From an uncultured Candidatus Saccharibacteria bacterium (GTDB lineage: Bacteria; Patescibacteriota; Saccharimonadia; Saccharimonadales; Saccharimonadaceae), in assembly GCA_964616255.1 (NCBI GenBank), contig CAZTQW010000006.1:2389-66388 (forward strand): a DNA stretch of 64,000 nucleotides. Direction: 5' to 3'. The position numbers and the translations under genes were made by a program. Positions 57,983-64,000 of this stretch are shown piece by piece. The notes below the pieces were generated by a model. That model did no database searches. It was not told the origin of the DNA and saw only the letters and a list, made by a program, of their open reading frames with translations. Within the stretch, counting starts at the first letter, position 1; each line of letters begins with the position of its first letter.

Positions 57983-58414
57983 CTAAATGCCAAACAGGAA
58001 CGACAGCCATTGTTCAAAATTACTTCTAGTCTCAGTAGCTAAACTTTCTTCGGTGACGACAACTTTATGTTTGTTCTTGGCTAGCTCGGAATTATCGGGT
58101 AAGTAGACCATAGTTTCGCCCGCTAGCATTTTGCCCTGATATTTGCGCGCAGCTAACTCTTGGTATTCATCAGAAAGATAGTAATTATTCTCGAGTTCCA
58201 AAGTTTCAACTTCTAGTTCTAGGAGAGCTTTCTCACGTTGTTTTCCGGCCAGTTCTTCTGCCAGGCTCCAGTTGCGCGACATAGAGCTGACGGAGCCCCA
58301 TGTCCACATCAGGCTAAAAATCAATGCTCCGAGCAGAAAAATATTATCAAACACAAAAAGATCATGTTTGAGCCAATATTGAAACTTGCGCAACCGAGTT
58401 TTGATCCCGCTCAT
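57983..58414 (-). CDS. FtsB/FtsL-like septum formation initiator
   Basis: Short N-tail, one TM segment, coiled coil, YQELAARK...MLAGETMVYLP. Confidence 0.65.
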   Translation of the reverse strand: MSGIKTRLRKFQYWLKHDLFVFDNIFLLGALIFSLMWTWGSVSSMSRNWSLAEELAGKQREKALLELEVETLELENNYYLSDEYQELAARKYQGKMLAGETMVYLPDNSELAKNKHKVVVTEESLATETRSNFEQWLSFLFGI

Positions 58415-58490
58415 GAGTATATTATATCATGAGTACTTCGCTTATGATTGCATCTGATAGCTATATATAGTACAATGATTGCTAGTAACT

Positions 58491-58571
58491 GTGTGGGGGA
58501 AGTCTAGTACATTAATAATGAAGATAAAGATAGTATTTTGTCTTTCTTAATGTACTTGACTTCCCCCGCAC
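58491..58571 (+). promoter_or_regulatory. 81-nt long hairpin in a 5' UTR
   Basis: GTGTGGGGGAAGTC/GACTTCCCCCGCAC (14 bp), then AGTACATTAA/TTAATGTACT (10 bp), then an inner A/T stem; downstream of TTGCAT-17-TACAAT (58448-58476). Confidence 0.75.
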
Positions 58572-58606
58572 CAACCTACAACACACAAAAAAGGAAGGTG
58601 AAAGAG

Positions 58607-59359
58607 ATGGATGAGCAGACCTTGGAAGTATTATCTGCGATAGTTGGGCTTGGAATTGTTGCTATAGTAGCAATATGGTGGCACAGGTTGTCGAAAAAAC
58701 CACCAGAAGATAAGTTTAAGGTATGTAGAGACTACACTTGGTGTATTTGGGAAAAGGGAGCACATGGTGTCTGGAAAGAGAAAAGATTAGGTAGCATACT
58801 ATCACAATGGGAGCAGAAGGAGCTTGATGGCTTAAGAGAGCTTACGACTGAGGATATTCGTAAGATCAATGCTGAGAGAGTCGAGCAGGTAGACCATCGA
58901 GGCAATCCATATTGGTATTTATCAGATAGTTTTATTCAGGAATGTAAATTCCGGAATCCAGGCAGAGCTAGAGGCTGTGGCTATCGATGCATGATTTGTG
59001 GAGGCGAGCACAATCTCAGGACTAGCGATGATAACCCGCGCGAAGGTTTCTGTCCGAGTTGCGCGGCTGCGCTTAAAATTGCTATGCAGAAATATCAAGA
59101 TTTGTCCGATGGTGAACGAAGGGATATGTATGACAAAGAGATTTTAGAAATGATGATAGCTCTAGACCTTGAGGACGGAGTAATATCGCTTGAGCATGCT
59201 AAGGAAGACTATACCAGAATAGAAGAATTAACACAGAGAATGGCTTGTGGCAGGGCCCGGGCGGAAGAAGATCGTAAAAGACAAGAAGAGGAAAAGAGGC
59301 AACAAATTGCGCAGAAAGATCAGGCTATTGCCCGCGGTAAGCACCGAATTTTGTCATGA
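58607..59359 (+). CDS. Orphan membrane-anchored protein with putative C4 zinc ribbon
   Basis: N-terminal TM segment; CMIC-X15-CPSC; C-terminal charged coil; start at ATG 58607 after AGGAAGGTG. Confidence 0.7.
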   Translation: MDEQTLEVLSAIVGLGIVAIVAIWWHRLSKKPPEDKFKVCRDYTWCIWEKGAHGVWKEKRLGSILSQWEQKELDGLRELTTEDIRKINAERVEQVDHRGNPYWYLSDSFIQECKFRNPGRARGCGYRCMICGGEHNLRTSDDNPREGFCPSCAAALKIAMQKYQDLSDGERRDMYDKEILEMMIALDLEDGVISLEHAKEDYTRIEELTQRMACGRARAEEDRKRQEEEKRQQIAQKDQAIARGKHRILS

Positions 59360-59450
59360 TAAAAATCTCAAGTCTCCCTCCCGCTGCCTTTATCCTCAAA
59401 AACCGAATAGAGTCGAAGTGCAGCTGCTTCGCCTATTCACAAGACAATTG

Positions 59451-59479
59451 ATAAACCCTGTTTACAAAACAGGGTTTAT
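59451..59479. terminator. Bidirectional terminator
   Basis: ATAAACCCTGTTT-aca-AAACAGGGTTTAT, a perfect 13-bp stem between convergent genes. Confidence 0.85.
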
Positions 59480-59480
59480 T

Positions 59481-62400
59481 TTATGGGCTAGGTGGTGTGA
59501 GGCCATTTTGTGCGTTATAAATATCAGCCTCGATATTTGCGCGCGTAATTGCTTGAGCGCGCTGCAACTCAGCCCCAGTCAAAGTGTTACCAGTGGCAAT
59601 ATTTATATATGTGCCATCAGGACGTTGTCTAACTCCAGGAGGAAGCGCCACATGCGCCCTAGCTTGCGGTGTGTTATGTTGGACTTTGAAGCTATCGCCT
59701 GTATGAGCATCATTATATGTACTGCCATATTGGCCACTAAATTTATCGCTAGCGCTAACAATACGATTAGCTGCGATAGTCTGACCTGAACCACCCTGTT
59801 CAATCAGGCTTCCGTCTGCAGCACGGGTGAAGACATGATTATTACCGCCAGCATCACGATTGACATATTGACCATTGGATTGCCTATTATAGAGATTCCC
59901 TGCATCATCATATAGGCTTGTACTTGAAGCCATCGCGTTGAAGGCAGCGCGGCGAATACTGTTGAGCTTGGACTCATTATCTGTCTTAACATGGATATTC
60001 TCATTAGTTAGTGCATCAGTTGCATTGCGGTAAAGAGCATCCAGCTGGTTCGCATCCATAGTGCCGCTATTGACACTCTCCAACAAGCTGTCCAGAGCCT
60101 CGTCGTTAGCATCAGCTAAATCAGACGCACTGCTCTTGTAATTCTGTGCTGCATAATGATCATTACGATATTTGTAAATAGGATTGTCGTCTGCGTCCCT
60201 ACCAACCTCAACTTCCTTAAATTCTCCATGATTAAACACTCCAGACCCATTACCAGTTAGTGCATCTTTTACGGTAGCAGAGAATCCACGATTTCCTTTC
60301 TTGAATGCACCACCGTTTTCTGCCATAAGGGTTTGAGAGACGAATTTCATACCACTTGATAGTCTAGCATTTCTACCCTCGTTGAGGGCCGCCTGCTGCT
60401 CCGCCCTCAATCTCCTATTATAGACATTAGCTATCACATCTTGTCCATCGGCTGTCGCGCCGATAAACTTCTGTAAAGCGCGCACTCTAGCTTGCGCTTC
60501 TTGATTATCTGGATCCGCTTCAAGTTCACTAATGGCTTGATCGTATGCCTGTTCTTGAGCCTTGAGGTCGGCTTTAAATGCGGTGTCATTATCATAAGTA
60601 TCCATAAAGTGCTTAAGTAACTGCGCTGATTGACGAGACTTAATACCTTCCATCCCGTCTTCCGCCGTCTGGTCTGCTATCTGATTAGCAAGCATGTAGG
60701 CACCAGCAGCATTAATTGCTCTAGTCTGAGCTCGGTTCCTAGCATTAGAGTTAAGCAGGCTGTCACTAGCACTTGACATGCCAATTCTGTTCAACCCTCT
60801 AGCCAACCGTCCACGGAGATCTCTATTATCTTTGAAACGATTTACTCGACGCATAGCATCTTGTCCAGCTCTTCTTTGCTGCAAGTCCTTCATACCTTCT
60901 GTTCCACGGACAGCACCGGTAAGTCCACGGCTCCACCGATCACGCAAGCCCATCATGCGATTCCCTAGATTCCCCATAGCTTGGAACGAACTACGCACGA
61001 TCGTAGGGATAAAGAACACTGGAACAATTTGAATTAACATCGCCACCAGCTGAAAGAAGAATCCTGCCCCAGTACTATGGCCTACCTTCAAAAGTAGCTT
61101 CGAAGCAAATTCACCTCCACCGACTAGTGCTCCACAAATTGGATATAAAAGCAGAAGCGATGTTAGTATCTTAAACCAACGATCATAAACTTTTTTAGTA
61201 TTAGGCAAGGCATAACAAACGATCGCTATTGGAGACAGAACCACTAATATTATAATTCCAGCCTTACGCACACCGAGCAGAATTGCAAAGAAAAGCACTG
61301 AGATTACTGCACCAATCATAAATAGAATCAAAGGCACTACCCAGATGGCTGTATTATTTACTAGGAAGTTGATTCCAACAAAAGCCACAGCGCCCGTAGT
61401 TACCCAGGCTGCCACACCTTTGGCAAATGACGCGATCGAAGTTGCCGTATTTGTAGGTACTTCTATTGATATATTATTAAATAGATCATAGATACTGGCC
61501 CCTACAATATTAGATACGTCAACTGCAATTTGGCAGATAATGAATGACAAGTTCACTAATACGGCCACGATAATCAACTTTGGTAAAATTTTCTTGACGT
61601 TATAATTATCCAGTCCAACACCTGTAACTTGGGAGAAAATCACGACCAAGAACACAATTACAAAAGCAATATTGGCATAATTACGAATATCTACCCAAAC
61701 ACTACGGGTATCATCTCCCATTAGGTCAGCCTGCATTTCGAGATTTGGAGCGATCGCGTCAACATAAACACCCTCTGTGACCGTTGCGAGTATATTTAAT
61801 ACCGGGCACAAAATCCAACTAAGGGAACTAGAACTATTGTAACATGTCGGAGCAGTTTCTTCGTCAATCTCTCCAGAATCGCCTGGTCCGTCTGGTTTGA
61901 CGGGCGGCGGTGTAGGTGGTTCTGGTTCCGATACCTGACCATTTACATCAGTATACTCGTAGCACATAATTACATCGTTTTGTTCGTACCAGTAAATTTG
62001 CTCATCTTCGCCCTTACCAAAGGTGTTAGTCTTCTTCAAAATCGCATCTAGCTCATTTAGAGTTTTTTGAGCCTTCTGGCGATACTCATCACTGGTAGTG
62101 CTCTGCTTTAATAAGGCATCAGCAGCATGTCGAGAGGCGAGAGCGGCACTGTTACAGGCTTGCTTCTGTTCGTCTTTAAAAGCCTTCAGCTGCGCGCCAT
62201 TCATTTCCAGAATTTCTGCAAAGGTTTTTTCGATTTTGCTACCCAAATAATTATTTGAGTCCCAGACTACAACTTTTTTCTGGGCATTTTTCGTGGCTTT
62301 AACATAACAGGATTGTATGGTGCCATCGTCAGAAACAATGTCATATGGACCAATGTAACCATCACCTTTGAGCTGACTACTATCTAGTCCAGAACCGCAT

Positions 62401-63404
62401 TTGGAATTAATTACGTAGTAATTCTTCAAGTACCAATCTAGCAAAGTACGTTGTTCAATTGCGTCCAGAGCTAGATCCTCATGTTTTTTATATTTTGAAA
62501 GATAGCTTATAGCTTTATTCGCAGCTGCCACTGTATCGGTGATACTGAATGTTACATCATGCTCGCTACCTTTCGTCTCGACACTATTACCTTCACGAGT
62601 ATAAGTCCAGCCTCCACCACTATTTAATAATACTTCTTCCGGAGCACAGCCTTGACTCTTGAACTCGTTAGTAAAGTCACTCCAACTACTGCCAGCAGAA
62701 AATTTTACGGAGCCAATTGTCTGCCACCCCGAACCGGAAAAAGCATGTTTCTGACAAGTAATCTTGTTTTTGCTAGATTTAATTTTGATTGATTTACCGA
62801 CTTTATTATTAGCAGTGCCCACAGTCCCCAGCTCAGTATTATCCGAGGTCTGATATTTGACGTCCATTTTTTCAGACTGAATCTTGCCGCTACTATCCAC
62901 CACGGCGCAAACCGATATAATGTTCGTGTAGGTGTATTTGATGTTCGCATTTTTTGAGACACCAGTGTAAGTCGTAGTTAGACAAGTGTCATTGGAACTA
63001 CCAGACTTTTCGTAGCCTATATTAGTCAAGAAGCCTGAGACATCGCCAGTGGATTTTGGTGGGGTAATGCCACCGATAGAATACATGCCCGCGAATTTTT
63101 TGCCACTGCCACTAAGCACTTCTTTACAATTGATAGAATCAGTTTGAGCAATGCCAGTAGGAAGATAAATTTCACGCGCACCCTTTTTCTGAACGATAGA
63201 GTTAGCATCGTTGTATTTGCTAAGATCCAAAGGGCTTTTATAAGCTCCAGCTTGATAGCAGTCATAAAGGCCAGACAAGGCAGCTTTGATCACTAAGCCA
63301 TCACCACTCTCAGCCAGAACAGGACGGTTCAGCATAAATAGGCTAGCTAGGGCGGTTACAAGAATGCTGATGACTAGACTAATTTTTAGACGTTTTTGAT
63401 TCAC
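59481..63404 (-). CDS. Large secreted/membrane protein with central TrbL/VirB6-like multi-TM region
   Basis: 1307 aa: signal anchor, Cys-containing extracellular region, PPTPPP linker, SLSWILCP...RNYANIAFVIVFLVVIFSQ...KKILPKLII multi-TM block and a long polar tail. Confidence 0.65.
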   Translation of the reverse strand: MNQKRLKISLVISILVTALASLFMLNRPVLAESGDGLVIKAALSGLYDCYQAGAYKSPLDLSKYNDANSIVQKKGAREIYLPTGIAQTDSINCKEVLSGSGKKFAGMYSIGGITPPKSTGDVSGFLTNIGYEKSGSSNDTCLTTTYTGVSKNANIKYTYTNIISVCAVVDSSGKIQSEKMDVKYQTSDNTELGTVGTANNKVGKSIKIKSSKNKITCQKHAFSGSGWQTIGSVKFSAGSSWSDFTNEFKSQGCAPEEVLLNSGGGWTYTREGNSVETKGSEHDVTFSITDTVAAANKAISYLSKYKKHEDLALDAIEQRTLLDWYLKNYYVINSKCGSGLDSSQLKGDGYIGPYDIVSDDGTIQSCYVKATKNAQKKVVVWDSNNYLGSKIEKTFAEILEMNGAQLKAFKDEQKQACNSAALASRHAADALLKQSTTSDEYRQKAQKTLNELDAILKKTNTFGKGEDEQIYWYEQNDVIMCYEYTDVNGQVSEPEPPTPPPVKPDGPGDSGEIDEETAPTCYNSSSSLSWILCPVLNILATVTEGVYVDAIAPNLEMQADLMGDDTRSVWVDIRNYANIAFVIVFLVVIFSQVTGVGLDNYNVKKILPKLIIVAVLVNLSFIICQIAVDVSNIVGASIYDLFNNISIEVPTNTATSIASFAKGVAAWVTTGAVAFVGINFLVNNTAIWVVPLILFMIGAVISVLFFAILLGVRKAGIIILVVLSPIAIVCYALPNTKKVYDRWFKILTSLLLLYPICGALVGGGEFASKLLLKVGHSTGAGFFFQLVAMLIQIVPVFFIPTIVRSSFQAMGNLGNRMMGLRDRWSRGLTGAVRGTEGMKDLQQRRAGQDAMRRVNRFKDNRDLRGRLARGLNRIGMSSASDSLLNSNARNRAQTRAINAAGAYMLANQIADQTAEDGMEGIKSRQSAQLLKHFMDTYDNDTAFKADLKAQEQAYDQAISELEADPDNQEAQARVRALQKFIGATADGQDVIANVYNRRLRAEQQAALNEGRNARLSSGMKFVSQTLMAENGGAFKKGNRGFSATVKDALTGNGSGVFNHGEFKEVEVGRDADDNPIYKYRNDHYAAQNYKSSASDLADANDEALDSLLESVNSGTMDANQLDALYRNATDALTNENIHVKTDNESKLNSIRRAAFNAMASSTSLYDDAGNLYNRQSNGQYVNRDAGGNNHVFTRAADGSLIEQGGSGQTIAANRIVSASDKFSGQYGSTYNDAHTGDSFKVQHNTPQARAHVALPPGVRQRPDGTYINIATGNTLTGAELQRAQAITRANIEADIYNAQNGLTPPSP

Positions 63405-64000
63405 TTAGCCTCCTTCTCGCTAGGTAGAATAATTGGATTCTGGAATTGTTTACTAATTGCCCAACAATCTTGTGTGAGAAATTGAATTAGCGAGACAATG
63501 GTTTCTTCCGCTAAGAAATCATACTGATCGGCCGTGTCGATATGTTGAAGAAGTGCCGCTTCATCAATTTGTGGGCAGGAATTATTAACTTCGCCCGATG
63601 TTAAACAGCCGGCAGCATTGTATTGTTCGTAATAATCAATGAAAGCCGAGTACTGAGCTATTTTATAATCCACATAGCTATCAGCATAGATCACATTAAA
63701 TTCCAACAGTGGCTCGAATATTTCTTTGATGTAGGACACTGCAGCTGATTTACCAGAATCTACTAGAGTTGAGATGATGGTTGATTCGTTTGGTTCGGCT
63801 AATTGGCGGTAGGCTCGTAAGAACTGAAAGGCGCTACGATATTCATCTAAAGCTGCTAACAAAGTAGAATTAGCCGAGTCACCCATTTCATGGTATTTAT
63901 CTACTGACTCATTAAGCAGGGTCTCAGTCTTGTCCCAATAGGCTTGCCCAAATGCATCGCCCTCCATCTGTTCTTCCAAATCATAAACTGACCAGCGGTC
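63401..64000 (-). CDS. Hypothetical protein, 5' end beyond the window
   Basis: The frame stays open from 63979 to the window end; 4-bp overlap with the next gene. Confidence 0.7.
   Translation of the reverse strand, partial: DRWSVYDLEEQMEGDAFGQAYWDKTETLLNESVDKYHEMGDSANSTLLAALDEYRSAFQFLRAYRQLAEPNESTIISTLVDSGKSAAVSYIKEIFEPLLEFNVIYADSYVDYKIAQYSAFIDYYEQYNAAGCLTSGEVNNSCPQIDEAALLQHIDTADQYDFLAEETIVSLIQFLTQDCWAISKQFQNPIILPSEKEAK

Noticed and set aside
58491-58571. Integron attC site
   Set aside because: It lacks RYYYAAC/GTTRRRY core ends and no integron integrase is present.
59247-59789. 180-aa ORF and other 60-160-aa ORFs overlapping long genes
   Set aside because: They overlap well-supported genes or a terminator, lack start signals and show no motifs.

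Overview
This looks like chromosomal DNA of a Candidatus Saccharibacteria (Patescibacteria/CPR) bacterium, probably from a gut or rumen. That taxonomy is inferred from gene content and protein style; the genetic code is standard 11 with TGA as stop. Core genes: pepN (partial), ftsA-like, eno, dnaE, murA (HTH fusion), murB, folD, lepA, tilS, recA, recX, gpmI, ruvB, and three tRNAs (Arg-TCG, Lys-CTT, Arg-CCG). Accessory modules: a membrane-anchored serpin, a TelA/XpaC-like/vWA-lipoprotein operon, a TetR-MMPL-YhgE-like module, an agmatine deiminase operon without carbamate kinase, an HNH nuclease with two C5 methyltransferases, four minor type IV pilins and a large VirB6/TrbL-like protein. Main unexplained signal: three dispersed, start-less ~200-bp cassettes (26548-26751 +, 27080-27283 -, 30795-30989 +) plus a decayed fourth (35953). 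They have near-identical ends and variable, stop-free interiors, and encode the C-terminal ligand-binding segment of a CLec/FISUMP-like domain (FVRSG...WS...AY.L.F...G[FL]PVR). One lies inside an apparent stand-alone structured transcript, which suggests a DGR-related or silent-cassette diversification system whose enzyme and target lie outside this window. Second signal: a ~20-bp motif (ATTCATCTGGTGATATAATT) recurs four times within 9.4 kb, three times inside essential genes. No CRISPR array, transposase, integrase, reverse transcriptase or rRNA was seen. All family calls come from motif recognition, not database searches.
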